Shown here: positions 10,715-20,512 of the stretch, piece after piece
Layout of the letters: every line of letters begins with the position of its first letter
Position numbering within the stretch: the first letter of the stretch is position 1
IMG/VR virus record: IMGVR_UViG_3300029957_000006
Coordinates: 32,001-96,000 of that record
DNA length: 64,000 bases
Direction: 5' to 3' (one strand)
Source of the DNA: a virus
Translations under genes and position numbers: made by a program
The notes under the pieces: model-generated
The model's database searches: none
The model's input: only the letters and a program-made list of their open reading frames with translations
What the model was told of the DNA's origin: nothing

Positions 10715-11260
10715 TTATTTGCCGTGGTTATCACTTAGTACAAAATTGATTTTAAAATCAGTGAGTCTCCCACTTAGACATTTCTCTTTGCCCCAAGCTT
10801 CAAACACTGGGATATGTTCTAAACGATCATCCCACATTTCAACACTAGTAACTGATTGATGTTCGTCCAATAGCTTGTTAAGTGTTTTAACCTTAGCTAT
10901 TTCAGTTGCACCACCTTTGTTAAAATGATGACCATCAAAGGTCAAGCCTTTAATTTCAAGGATATCCCTAACATGATCAGCCAAGTGTTGTAGACGACCA
11001 GTCAACATAATAACACCTGTTTCAGGTAATGCTCGTTCTTTCTCGTAATCTGCAATGACAAGTGGATTGGATGGCATATCAAAGATTCTATGATCAAGTG
11101 ATTCCTCTCGACCCCACCAACCTTTATGTGGCCATTCTTTGCCAGTCTTTTTCTGAAAGTGCAGCTTTCCCGTCTCAGGCAATGGTGTATTAATAAGCGT
11201 TCCATCAAAGTCGAAGATGGCCAATTTAGTTATTTTTCTTGTATTTCCAAAGGTATCCAT
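10715..11260 (-). CDS. HAD-family phosphatase (RNA-repair-like HAD)
   Basis: FDFDGTL, MLTGR, K, WDDR motifs I-IV. Confidence 0.85.
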   Translation of the reverse strand: MDTFGNTRKITKLAIFDFDGTLINTPLPETGKLHFQKKTGKEWPHKGWWGREESLDHRIFDMPSNPLVIADYEKERALPETGVIMLTGRLQHLADHVRDILEIKGLTFDGHHFNKGGATEIAKVKTLNKLLDEHQSVTSVEMWDDRLEHIPVFEAWGKEKCLSGRLTDFKINFVLSDNHGK

Positions 11261-11918
11261 AAGCTGTTTTTGATTTTTTTGTTAAATTCATACTAATATT
11301 TTTTCTAGAAAAACCTAATTCTTCCTCCACATCTTTAGCACTTTTCCATTCTTTAATTTGTTCACCATCTAAATTATATTGAATTATGGGTTTTTTAATA
11401 CTTTCAGCGTTATTACTAATCCAAATTTCATTTTTTATTATTTTTCTTCCTTTAGATTTTTCACAAGCTAATTTATGTGCTGATGTGCTACCTGTTTTTT
11501 TTCTAGTTTCTGAAATTAATTTTTTTGTTTCTTCAGTGTGTTTTTTATAAACCTTTGTTTTATTATAAGCTATTATTTTCTTACGATGTTCATCACTTAT
11601 TTTTCTACCAAATCCACCATCACCACCTAAAGTTAAATTAATACCATTTTCATTACTCCCATGAAATGAATTGAAAAATCCAATATAAAAAATTTCTAAC
11701 TCATTTAATTCGATTAATGTATTTTCGCCTTCATATATTATTTCAAATGTATGACCACTAAAACCATGCTTTGATAATGAATTAAATAAAAGTGGTTGTT
11801 TTTTACATTTTAATCGTCTATAATAATCAATCCTAAGAGTTAAGTTAGTTGTTTTTCCAATATAAATTCGACCAGTTGGTGATGTTATTTTGTAAATGTA
11901 TCCATATTTCTTTTCCAT
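11226..11918 (-). CDS. GIY-YIG homing endonuclease with NUMOD3/NUMOD1-like C-terminus
   Basis: GYIYKITSPTGRIYIGKT, NLTLGGDG, KHTEETKKLISE, QYNLDGEQIKEW; likely start ATG 11918. Confidence 0.9.
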   Translation of the reverse strand: MEKKYGYIYKITSPTGRIYIGKTTNLTLRIDYYRRLKCKKQPLLFNSLSKHGFSGHTFEIIYEGENTLIELNELEIFYIGFFNSFHGSNENGINLTLGGDGGFGRKISDEHRKKIIAYNKTKVYKKHTEETKKLISETRKKTGSTSAHKLACEKSKGRKIIKNEIWISNNAESIKKPIIQYNLDGEQIKEWKSAKDVEEELGFSRKNISMNLTKKSKTAYGYLWKYKKNN

Positions 11919-11956
11919 AAACGAGTTTATTATAAATATCTCGTTTTTTATCAAAA

Positions 11957-12010
11957 TCAAAATAATGTGCCATCAAAATCAAATATCGCTAGTTTTGTAA
12001 AGGTTGTCAT
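11957..12010 (-). pseudogene. orphaned original 5' end of the HAD gene (MTTFTKLAIFDFDGTLF*)
   Basis: 12 aa identical to HAD motif I at 11195-11230; ATGA-coupled to upstream gene stop. Confidence 0.85.
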
Positions 12011-12333
12011 TTTATATGTAATTTTTTTAATATTCTTTGCATTAATGTTAATGGTGGTGGTTCCAATAAAGAACCATATATACGCTTTGTTGCACTTCCT
12101 ATGAGGATTTTAGTTATTGGACCATGAGCATTTATTGCATTCTTTAATGCACCATTAATCTTTGTTGTTGTTACTACTTTTATCTTTTTTAACTGTTCAA
12201 TGGTAGCTAAATTATCTTTCTCATATTCATCAACAAACATCAGTATTGCTTCAATATCAGTTGAACTAACCTTATTTTTTAAAGCTTGTTCCAGTTTATT
12301 TTGTAATTTGCCACGTCTTGTTTTAAATTTCAT
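12007..12333 (-). CDS. hypothetical basic protein
   Basis: ORF with ATG 6 nt after promoter box at 12340-12347. Confidence 0.65.
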   Translation of the reverse strand: MKFKTRRGKLQNKLEQALKNKVSSTDIEAILMFVDEYEKDNLATIEQLKKIKVVTTTKINGALKNAINAHGPITKILIGSATKRIYGSLLEPPPLTLMQRILKKLHIK

Positions 12334-12374
12334 CTTTGACAAAGGTAGTGATTTATTTTCATTTTTCCAAATTT

Positions 12375-12872
12375 TTAATATAAACGATTAAACCAAGATT
12401 GTCTTGATCTTTCTTCATTTATTTGATGTATTTCTCGTTGAATTCTGTCTTCCTGTTCCTCATGTAATCTTCTGATCATGTCATTTCTATTTGGTGAAGG
12501 ATTTCCAGAATATATATAATCCATGTAAACAAGTTGACCTGTTGGACCATCCATTGGTTGAACTGAAATTAAATCATTTGAAAATGTATTAGGAACAAAA
12601 TTTGAAATTAATGGAAAAAAGGCTTCAATGGTTTTCCAATAAAATTCAAGATCGATATCTCCTTTTATCCAAACAGCCCAATCATTTATTATTTTCTTGA
12701 CGATTTCAGCATCAAGAAAAAATATTATAGAAAGTTCATTAACTAATCTTTCTGCATATATTGGTGCTTTATGTCTTCTGGTATCACTTAATTCATAGAT
12801 ACCATCATTTCCTATGTCACTAATTCCAACATAGTAGTGTCTGGTGAGGTATGATCGTACAAGGTTTTCCAT
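12375..12872 (-). CDS. hypothetical protein with short major-capsid-like motif
   Basis: DLISVQPMDGPTGQLVYMDY resembles gp23 VQPMxGPTG motif. Confidence 0.55.
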   Translation of the reverse strand: MENLVRSYLTRHYYVGISDIGNDGIYELSDTRRHKAPIYAERLVNELSIIFFLDAEIVKKIINDWAVWIKGDIDLEFYWKTIEAFFPLISNFVPNTFSNDLISVQPMDGPTGQLVYMDYIYSGNPSPNRNDMIRRLHEEQEDRIQREIHQINEERSRQSWFNRLY

Positions 12873-12908
12873 GTACAATCATAGCGATTTTCAATAAATA
12901 TGTAAAGT

Positions 12909-13403
12909 TTATTTGTTACTTTTAGGCTTAAGAGTAACAAACATTTTTTTACCTTCCATTGAAGGCATTGCTTCTGGAACACCATACTCTTCTACTGATA
13001 CGATAACCTTTAATAAAAGAGCTTTACCATTATCAATATAAGACATTTCACGTCCTTTGAATTGCATGCTAATCTTTACCTTATGACCTTTTTGAAGGAA
13101 TTCTATCATGTGTTTGAGACGATAACTCAAATCATTTTCAGAAGTATTTGGACCAAGTTTTATCTCTTTCATTTCAAGAGTTTTATTCTTTGGCTTTTTA
13201 CCCAATTCATAAATGAATTTTTCATAATTCATAATCTTACAAACTGGTGGTACAGAATGTTCATTGATTAAAACCAAATCCATTTCTTTTGATTCAGCTA
13301 ATGCAATTGCAGAATCCAAGGACATGATTCCACCTTCTGTTACTCGTACTTCATTTGCTCTGATTTCTCTATTAAGCAAATGTTGTTTTTTCTTTTTGTT
13401 CAT
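12909..13403 (-). CDS. infC: translation initiation factor IF-3
   Basis: NREIRANEVRV, DLVLI..PPVCKIMNY, KEIKL, KVKISMQFKGRE. Confidence 0.95.
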   Translation of the reverse strand: MNKKKKQHLLNREIRANEVRVTEGGIMSLDSAIALAESKEMDLVLINEHSVPPVCKIMNYEKFIYELGKKPKNKTLEMKEIKLGPNTSENDLSYRLKHMIEFLQKGHKVKISMQFKGREMSYIDNGKALLLKVIVSVEEYGVPEAMPSMEGKKMFVTLKPKSNK

Positions 13404-13877
13404 TTATTTCACTTTGTTTTTTAAGTATTCAACTAATTCATCGTAAGTCTTAACTTGATCAACACCATATTTCTTACAAACGATATCAACGTTTCCTTTT
13501 CTCCAAAATCCTTCTGGACAAAGAACAACCATCTTTTTAGTTCTAGCATATAATCCTAATTCCAATAATGAAATAGGTGATTCGGTTTCTGGATCAAAAT
13601 ACATAACAACAATGTCACACATTTCAAGTCCATCCAATTCCCATGTTACTTGTCCATTAAAGTTTTTGTCTGTGATCTTTTGTTTCCAGCTAGAATCCCA
13701 ATCTTTTCGTCTTGGATTTAAGAAAACAAATGGTTTACTCTGCAATTCTTTTATTATTTTTTTCTGCCAGTTTTCAGCTAGGCCCATTTCAATGGAACCA
13801 GCTAGGAATACAGATGTGAATCCTTTTTCTACTTTCACCTCATTAGGTGGTTGTATTTCTATTGCTTTACTCATCAA
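13404..13877 (-). CDS. nucleoside 2-deoxyribosyltransferase-like protein
   Basis: VFLAGSI, NPRR, QVTWE, SPISLLELG. Confidence 0.85.
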   Translation of the reverse strand: MMSKAIEIQPPNEVKVEKGFTSVFLAGSIEMGLAENWQKKIIKELQSKPFVFLNPRRKDWDSSWKQKITDKNFNGQVTWELDGLEMCDIVVMYFDPETESPISLLELGLYARTKKMVVLCPEGFWRKGNVDIVCKKYGVDQVKTYDELVEYLKNKVK

Positions 13878-14049
13878 TTTAAATTTGGATTGATATCGTT
13901 ATTATTTTCTTCTTCATTAATTATTTCAATATGCTCCACTTCATCGTGAAGCTCATCCAACACAGATACTTTTAAATATCCATTACCATTATCATTGTAT
14001 GTTATACGAATGATATATTCACCCAAATCAATTTCTTTTTTTACCTTCA

Positions 14050-14259
14050 TTAAATTAATGGTAATGCAGCAGCAAACATTATTTCATTCATGATAGTTGC
14101 TTCATAAGCATCTTCCAATTCAACTTGAAAATCTTGATCATAAATTTCTTTATCAAAACCATTTTTGGAATAGAACCATTTGATAAAGTGAACATCACCC
14201 ATCATCTCCACATCTCTACGATATGTCTTTCCATTGTAAACAAAATACATTTCTTTCAT
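14050..14259 (-). CDS. hypothetical protein
   Basis: ORF in operon. Confidence 0.55.
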   Translation of the reverse strand: MKEMYFVYNGKTYRRDVEMMGDVHFIKWFYSKNGFDKEIYDQDFQVELEDAYEATIMNEIMFAAALPLI

Positions 14260-14261
14260 AA

Positions 14262-14729
14262 TTATTTGGTTGGTATTGTTAAGAAGTCAGTTTCAATTAT
14301 TTCTTGAAGTAATGCTACATTTTCATAAAGATCATCACCATCTTTATCAGTGGCATTTGCCATTAAGAAAGCATGAATTTCTTCATCAGTTGGCTCTTTA
14401 TGGTGATTAATAAAATAAGTATAATGATCACCACTTTCACTTGTTGTATTCAAAAGGAATTTTTTCATCTTCACTTTTGTTGCATCAAGATGAGCAGCAA
14501 GTAAAGCAGCTGCTTTGATTATGTTTTCTCTTCGACTACGTTTGAATCGTTTTTCCTTCCATTCAATATCCCAACCATTTGGAAAATAATGAACATCACC
14601 AGTTAATAAAAACATGGCATATTCTTCCAATTCATTATTTTTATAAGCTAAATCATGTTTTTCACTAAATCCTTCTTTTTCTATTTGACGATTTCGTTCT
14701 TCAGCTATTAAATCAATTCCTGTTTTCAT
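14262..14729 (-). CDS. hypothetical phage protein
   Basis: IAEERNRQIEKEG...KAAALLAA pattern seen in small phage proteins. Confidence 0.6.
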   Translation of the reverse strand: MKTGIDLIAEERNRQIEKEGFSEKHDLAYKNNELEEYAMFLLTGDVHYFPNGWDIEWKEKRFKRSRRENIIKAAALLAAHLDATKVKMKKFLLNTTSESGDHYTYFINHHKEPTDEEIHAFLMANATDKDGDDLYENVALLQEIIETDFLTIPTK

Positions 14730-14961
14730 TTATCAATTTTAATTTTTGCACTCTTGTTAGTTGTTTTATTCGATATTCTTCTTTACTAGCTTTGCTTCTA
14801 TTTTCAGCTTCAAATTCTGCTACTAGAATCACTGGTCTTCTAGTACGAGTATATTTGGCACCTTTACCATCATTATGTGCTTTAACTCTTTTATTTACAT
14901 CTGTTGTTATTCCAGTGTAAAGAGTCTCATCAATACATCTTACAATATAAACATACCACAT
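14713..14961 (-). CDS. small GIY-YIG nuclease (UPF0213/YhbQ-like)
   Basis: YVYIVRC..LYTGITTD..R..HN.GKGAKYTR. Confidence 0.9.
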   Translation of the reverse strand: MWYVYIVRCIDETLYTGITTDVNKRVKAHNDGKGAKYTRTRRPVILVAEFEAENRSKASKEEYRIKQLTRVQKLKLINENRN

Positions 14962-15185
14962 TATACAAGATTAATCATTACTTGTCCATTAGGTGAAAAC
15001 TCATCAGAAACATCAAAGCCATATTCAGCAACTACATTTTTTACTATTTGTTTCATTGTTGAACTATTACCAGTTACAACTTGAATGTAGGTTGATTTCT
15101 TTTGCATGTGTTCCCAAATAAATGCATCCATCAATCTAGGAACATCTTCATGCTTGATTCCGTGTAAGTCCAGCTTCATAATCAA
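14961..15185 (-). CDS. stand-alone Smr domain protein
   Basis: LDLHG and VVTGNS motifs. Confidence 0.75.
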   Translation of the reverse strand: MIMKLDLHGIKHEDVPRLMDAFIWEHMQKKSTYIQVVTGNSSTMKQIVKNVVAEYGFDVSDEFSPNGQVMINLV

Positions 15186-15651
15186 TTTTTGATGCTATTA
15201 TCTTTTCAATAAAAGGTAAACAAGCTGCTTGTGTTTCATGTACAAGAGGTTTAGCTTCTTCAAGACTTACCCATTTATAATCATCCATTTCTGGAAAACC
15301 ACCACGTTCAACTGGAACATTTGAATTACACTTGATCTCAAGATTATCCCAATCCATTTCAGTTAAATCATGCTCGATATAAATAAAAGGATAAATCATC
15401 TTTTTATTATGACCATAATTAACTGGTTCTAGGTAATGAACATTGAAAGATGCAACAGCCATTTGATGATTCAAATCAATGTTACTTTCTTCGAATGTTT
15501 CACGAATAGCTGCATCCATTATTCCTTCACCTTCTTCTACCTTCCCTTTAGGGATGGACCAAAAGTCTGGCTTATGATTTGTTGGATGACAAATCAATAG
15601 TTTCCTATCTCGTCTTATAATAAAAATTCCAGCTGCGATTGTCTTTGCCAT
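15148..15651 (-). CDS. NUDIX hydrolase
   Basis: PKGKVEEGE...AAIRETFEE Nudix box, FPEMD. Confidence 0.9.
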   Translation of the reverse strand: MAKTIAAGIFIIRRDRKLLICHPTNHKPDFWSIPKGKVEEGEGIMDAAIRETFEESNIDLNHQMAVASFNVHYLEPVNYGHNKKMIYPFIYIEHDLTEMDWDNLEIKCNSNVPVERGGFPEMDDYKWVSLEEAKPLVHETQAACLPFIEKIIASKIDYEAGLTRNQA

Positions 15652-15652
15652 A

Positions 15653-16030
15653 TTATATTACTTCTATTTTACAAGGGATTAGTATATCTTCATTATAACG
15701 ATACACAGCACATAGTCTGTGATAACCATCAGCAATGATTACTTTACCATTGACTGAATCAACAACTAATAGTATTGGTGAAAGTTTTTCTCCTTTATCA
15801 ATCTTCTTGCAATTCTTTTTAACATGTGAATTGCTAACACCCAATAAAGATAAACCAGATGCTCTGAAAACGTCTTTAGCCTTAAATGTGGACATTGGAG
15901 CCTTCTTAAGTCTAGCTATGATTCCATCAACTCTAGATGGATGAATAACCAACCTTAAATATGATTTAGCAGCTGGGTAATCATGCTCTTCTGGTTTAAC
16001 AAACCATTTTATCTTAACCTTCTTGTCCAT
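15653..16030 (-). CDS. ParB/Srx-like domain protein
   Basis: PILLV...IADGYHRL. Confidence 0.65.
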   Translation of the reverse strand: MDKKVKIKWFVKPEEHDYPAAKSYLRLVIHPSRVDGIIARLKKAPMSTFKAKDVFRASGLSLLGVSNSHVKKNCKKIDKGEKLSPILLVVDSVNGKVIIADGYHRLCAVYRYNEDILIPCKIEVI

Positions 16031-16383
16031 TAGATTAATTGTGTTCCAACAGAATAATCTTCGAATTGATCCTTACCATCAAGTGATTTACCAACCATTA
16101 TCATAACTTCACTTTTAACACCTTTGATTTCTGTTGGTGTTAAATTGGTAATGAATGGAACTTTAAGTGTAATTAAATTCTCTGGTTCATATTGTTTACC
16201 AAGATTGGTAAACGCTGTTTTTTCATCTTCTTGGTTTGGTCCAAAGATAACAGTCAATTTGATTCCATAACTCTTAGGAACACGTTCAGCTGCTATGATT
16301 TGACCAATACGAATTTCCAACTTGGATTCAATAGCCAAGAACTCATCAAATGATATTTGTGGTTTAGTCGATGTAGTATTCAT
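16030..16383 (-). CDS. tRNA-binding OB-fold protein (Trbp111/CsaA-like)
   Basis: ISFDEF..LEIRIGQI, NL.P.EIKGVKSEVMI. Confidence 0.85.
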   Translation of the reverse strand: MNTTSTKPQISFDEFLAIESKLEIRIGQIIAAERVPKSYGIKLTVIFGPNQEDEKTAFTNLGKQYEPENLITLKVPFITNLTPTEIKGVKSEVMIMVGKSLDGKDQFEDYSVGTQLI

Positions 16384-16550
16384 TCTTCAAAAGATTAATT
16401 TGTTTTGTGTTTTTGACAATTTGATTTTGAATTGTTTTATCTGTAACAATTACAGGTTTTCCCCCCATTTTAGAAACACGTATTTTTGCCAATAAATTAT
16501 TACTAGCTTCTAATTGTGATTTTAAAGACTTTAAGTCTTGTGTTCTTACT

Positions 16551-17018
16551 TTATACATTTTCGTCTGGATTAAATTTTTTCCCTTTTACTTTTGAAAAAT
16601 CAATATCTTTTACTTCTATTTCTGGCTTCCAAGCAATTAAACCTAAATCCAGCATCAGTATACTCTCAACTCTAGCCCAATCAACAAATGGTCGATCAGA
16701 TAAGGTTGAATCTACTTTTAATGGACATCCCAATGCTGCATCATCAATGATTAATTGACCGTAAGCTTTAGGACTTTTAGTCCAATATGATTGAGTTGGA
16801 TTCGATTGAATACCAAATAATGTTATATCATTTATCTTAAACCAATTAACAGCTTCATCTAAAGTATTACCTTTAAAATTACTTCTCATAGTAAATAAGA
16901 TAAGCCTATGACCATTTTCCACAAGCTTTTTCAAAACTGGAATAGCACCAATATCTTTTCCTATACGTGGAAAATCATGTGTAGTGACAGTTCCATCAAA
17001 ATCAATAACAATATCCAT
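16551..17018 (-). CDS. HAD-superfamily hydrolase
   Basis: IDFDGT, LFTMR, IIDD. Confidence 0.85.
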   Translation of the reverse strand: MDIVIDFDGTVTTHDFPRIGKDIGAIPVLKKLVENGHRLILFTMRSNFKGNTLDEAVNWFKINDITLFGIQSNPTQSYWTKSPKAYGQLIIDDAALGCPLKVDSTLSDRPFVDWARVESILMLDLGLIAWKPEIEVKDIDFSKVKGKKFNPDENV

Positions 17019-17494
17019 TACTTTTTAAACTTCAAATTTTTCTTAGCAAGTGCAATATTAGAGAACTTGCTGATTCCTGTTATTTCTTGACCAAGCCATT
17101 TAGGTTTGATCCATTTCTTCATATCTTTTATGGACTTGAATTCCACTTCGATAACAACCATCCCATTTGGATAAGTATCAATATCGTAGTGTTCTTTTCC
17201 AATACTAAAACTAAGTCGTTTCTTTTCTAGAGTCCATTTGCATTTTTTGTATAAATCCTTAGCCTCTTTAAGCTCAGTAACTCTGAATTCAAATTCATCA
17301 CGAACCAGTTTAGCTGTATATTTTATACATACATTGGCAAATTCCTTATCATGCCATTTGGTTAATCTAATTCGAACTTGCTTGCCCTTCTCAACGTGAA
17401 TATACCCTTGTTTGATACGCATTTTTTCATGTGCATCAGGTATTGGTATTGGGGAATTCCCCATTAAAAATCTACGTTCTATTTCTTTTCCCAT
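17018..17494 (-). CDS. CYTH domain protein
   Basis: EIERRFL, QGY, VRIR, RDEFE, IEVEF. Confidence 0.9.
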   Translation of the reverse strand: MGKEIERRFLMGNSPIPIPDAHEKMRIKQGYIHVEKGKQVRIRLTKWHDKEFANVCIKYTAKLVRDEFEFRVTELKEAKDLYKKCKWTLEKKRLSFSIGKEHYDIDTYPNGMVVIEVEFKSIKDMKKWIKPKWLGQEITGISKFSNIALAKKNLKFKK

Positions 17495-17534
17495 TTTACA
17501 AAGGTACAGCTTTTTTCTTAAATTAACAACTTAT

Positions 17535-18029
17535 TTAATAAATTTCACGAGTCACTTTAACAAGAGATGGGTCTGAAAAATCATCATATGCTATCATTTC
17601 AAGTATTTCAACTTTGCTAGGTAAAGGTAAATTAATTGGTAACATTAATTTATTACCTTCATATATTCCATCAAAAAAATTTTCAACTTTAATATTTTTT
17701 GTTACATCATCATAAGATGACATATTTCTAAATATGTTTTGCACTTCATCTTCAGTAAATATTTTATTTCCATATTCATACGGTTCTTCGAATTTTTCTA
17801 AGTATGTTATAAATAGTTGATTACACGCTCTTTTATATGCCTCAACTGCTGTAAAGTATTTCATTTCTGTATAATCAGAAGCTGAATTATTATACCATTT
17901 AATTAATTCTTCTTTATTTTTGAAAGTTTTAGCATAGAAAACAACATCATTATGTTTTTCAACATATACTATTCTATTTCCTAAAATAGCTTCAGTTATC
18001 ATTTTCTCATAATTAATTTTAGTTGTCAT
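17535..18029 (-). CDS. hypothetical protein
   Basis: ORF in operon. Confidence 0.6.
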   Translation of the reverse strand: MTTKINYEKMITEAILGNRIVYVEKHNDVVFYAKTFKNKEELIKWYNNSASDYTEMKYFTAVEAYKRACNQLFITYLEKFEEPYEYGNKIFTEDEVQNIFRNMSSYDDVTKNIKVENFFDGIYEGNKLMLPINLPLPSKVEILEMIAYDDFSDPSLVKVTREIY

Positions 18030-18039
18030 TTCTTTTATA

Positions 18040-19626
18040 TTATTTAAATGTAGTAAATTCTCCGTTTATGAAGTTGATGTGTTGTGCTCTACCATCTTCA
18101 TGGATAATGATGTGCGATTGTAACCATGAACTAGGTCCAAGATTGTAACCAACACGCATTGTTGTAGAAGTTCCGACAGCTAAGGCTCCATCCTTACGAC
18201 CTGGTGTGTGATAATGGCCAACAACTATCTTGGTATTAAGTCTTCTGAATTGAAGCAATGAACCTCTACTTCCATTAGAACCAATATCACCATGCTGTCC
18301 TAATTCCCATCCACCTTTAACTTTATATGATGAACTTCGATCTAGTGTAATAAACTTCGGATAACGTTGTTTAATCAACGCTGGAATTACGCCAGCAACT
18401 CTATGTGTATCTTTACTATATTGTTCCAATAACGTGTCAGAGAGCTGCATATAAAGCCTAGAATTCTTGTATGTTGGTTGTTTCTTCCAATCTTCATTGA
18501 TAAGCCATCTATCTAGGAAATCATCATGATTGCTTCTTACTATAACAACATTTTTGAATTTCTCAAATGCTTTTAATCCACCCATCATCACATCAAGTTC
18601 CTTCCCTAAATCATTGGTACCAGCGATCTCTTTACCATATTGAATGAATGGATTTTTCATTTCATGGTGTGAAATGGAATTACCATCAAACACATCGTGT
18701 AATACAACATGATTTGGTTTTATCTTTTCAAGCATCTTCATTGTAGAAGATAATACTTTTTCATCATGATGACCATAGTGAATATCACCAAAGATAACTG
18801 CTTCAATACTTTCAATCTTATTTACTTTTCCATCTTCTACACGATAATAAAGATCACTGAAATTTCCTGTTTTATCATCAGCTGTTACTTGACGAACAAA
18901 GAATACTTCATTGTCTTTAATTTCAATAATACAAAAACCAAGTGTATGGTGGAATTCACCTTTTTTACCAGACTTTGAATCACTGTAATTTAAAACGGTA
19001 ACAGCTCCTGTTGATAACATCATCTTTGGCTTATTACCATCAAGTACTGGAATCATTTCCAATTGAACCTTAGGACTACCAAAGATACATGAATTAATTC
19101 CACTCATACCTTGCATACCACTCATAGGATTGGTTGCAGTTGGTTGAATCTTGATATCTGACATGATAGAACAATACTTGTGAATATTGTGTCTGCTAGC
19201 ATCAGAATATTTAAGTACTTCTTCAACCCAATAATCTTCACCATTACCAGCTTCTTCTACTGTTGTTGGATTTCGATATCGGCCCAATACAATATGAATA
19301 TCAGCATCTATCTTTTTAGCATAGGCTTCCATATTGTTATAGAATTTCTTGTGAACCTTTGTTTTATTTTGTCCCCAAGTTATAATAAATCTATTTTTTG
19401 TTTTATCGAACTTACGTTGTTTTGCTTGTTCGTATTGTTCTGGTTCAACATCCACTTTCTCTTTCAATCCAAGTTTTTTAGAACACCAGTTTCTAATCGT
19501 TCTTTCACTTACTCCGAATTTTTCTCCCAACATGAAAGCTTTTTTTTCCCAAGATATATCGGTTATTTCTTGGTATACTTTTTTAATATACTCTTTTTGC
19601 TCTTCTGATAAATTTTTAAAGGTCAT
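18040..19626 (-). CDS. N-terminal HTH plus C-terminal metallophosphoesterase protein
   Basis: FGVSERTIRNW helix-turn-helix; GDIH, HDVFD, SNHD, HGD, GHYH. Confidence 0.75.
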   Translation of the reverse strand: MTFKNLSEEQKEYIKKVYQEITDISWEKKAFMLGEKFGVSERTIRNWCSKKLGLKEKVDVEPEQYEQAKQRKFDKTKNRFIITWGQNKTKVHKKFYNNMEAYAKKIDADIHIVLGRYRNPTTVEEAGNGEDYWVEEVLKYSDASRHNIHKYCSIMSDIKIQPTATNPMSGMQGMSGINSCIFGSPKVQLEMIPVLDGNKPKMMLSTGAVTVLNYSDSKSGKKGEFHHTLGFCIIEIKDNEVFFVRQVTADDKTGNFSDLYYRVEDGKVNKIESIEAVIFGDIHYGHHDEKVLSSTMKMLEKIKPNHVVLHDVFDGNSISHHEMKNPFIQYGKEIAGTNDLGKELDVMMGGLKAFEKFKNVVIVRSNHDDFLDRWLINEDWKKQPTYKNSRLYMQLSDTLLEQYSKDTHRVAGVIPALIKQRYPKFITLDRSSSYKVKGGWELGQHGDIGSNGSRGSLLQFRRLNTKIVVGHYHTPGRKDGALAVGTSTTMRVGYNLGPSSWLQSHIIIHEDGRAQHINFINGEFTTFK

Positions 19627-19699
19627 CTGTTAAGTTTAAATCCCTGTTATTTTTACAAATTTACGAATTAATACTCTAGGATGCAAGTAAAAATCCCAA

Positions 19700-20512
19700 C
19701 TATTTGATAGTCGGGATTAGATTGTAAAGATATTCTTTTTCTTTTGTAAATATCGGAGAATTATAATCTGGTAACCATTTGGCTCGTTGTACTGGAATGC
19801 CATTTTCACCATCTAATGTTACAATATTTCGTTTGATGATCGTTCCACGTTTATACTTCGTCTTATAGTCATTCCAATTGATACCCTTTTGAGAAAATAA
19901 CATCTCTTGCTTTTGACTACTTGATTTTCCTTCAAGTTGCTTGTGTGGGAAATATGCATCACTAGCCATGCTTACACTATTACGTGTACAGTCTTGTTGT
20001 CTCCAGATAAAATAATTGGATACTTCACGGAAGTCTGGGATGATATAAACACGTGAATCAAATACAGCATCAATCTCAGCAAAATCACCACTAATAAGCT
20101 TGCTTGCAAGTTCTTCTTTGCTATATTTAAACATAGCCATTAATTGAAGCATTTTCTTATTGAAAGCAGCTGTTACTTTTGATGCTGAAATACTACATAG
20201 CTTTTGAATCTTACCATCAAAGATAAGCTCTGATTCAATGTTTTCAATATCTGTAAACATCAAGCTGATTTCATCAGATTGAGTATAAGCAAACTTAGGA
20301 TTTAAGTATTTACATAATTCGATTGTAGCAAAATCCATTACATTTGATAAATTATCATCAAATGGTTTATTGAACATCTGTGTGTATTTGCTAAATCCTT
20401 TACCATCAAGTCTCATTATGACATAAGTTCTAGCTGGTACCTTTATATCATAACATGCTTCATACGCTCTCATGCGTGAAGACAAGTCAGTTTTATTTGT
20501 TTTCTTTTTCAT
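19700..20512 (-). CDS. Thg1-like 3'-5' polymerase / tRNA(His) guanylyltransferase
   Basis: RLDGKGFSKYT, YTQSDEIS, FDSR, WRQQDC.RN. Confidence 0.92.
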   Translation of the reverse strand: MKKKTNKTDLSSRMRAYEACYDIKVPARTYVIMRLDGKGFSKYTQMFNKPFDDNLSNVMDFATIELCKYLNPKFAYTQSDEISLMFTDIENIESELIFDGKIQKLCSISASKVTAAFNKKMLQLMAMFKYSKEELASKLISGDFAEIDAVFDSRVYIIPDFREVSNYFIWRQQDCTRNSVSMASDAYFPHKQLEGKSSSQKQEMLFSQKGINWNDYKTKYKRGTIIKRNIVTLDGENGIPVQRAKWLPDYNSPIFTKEKEYLYNLIPTIK

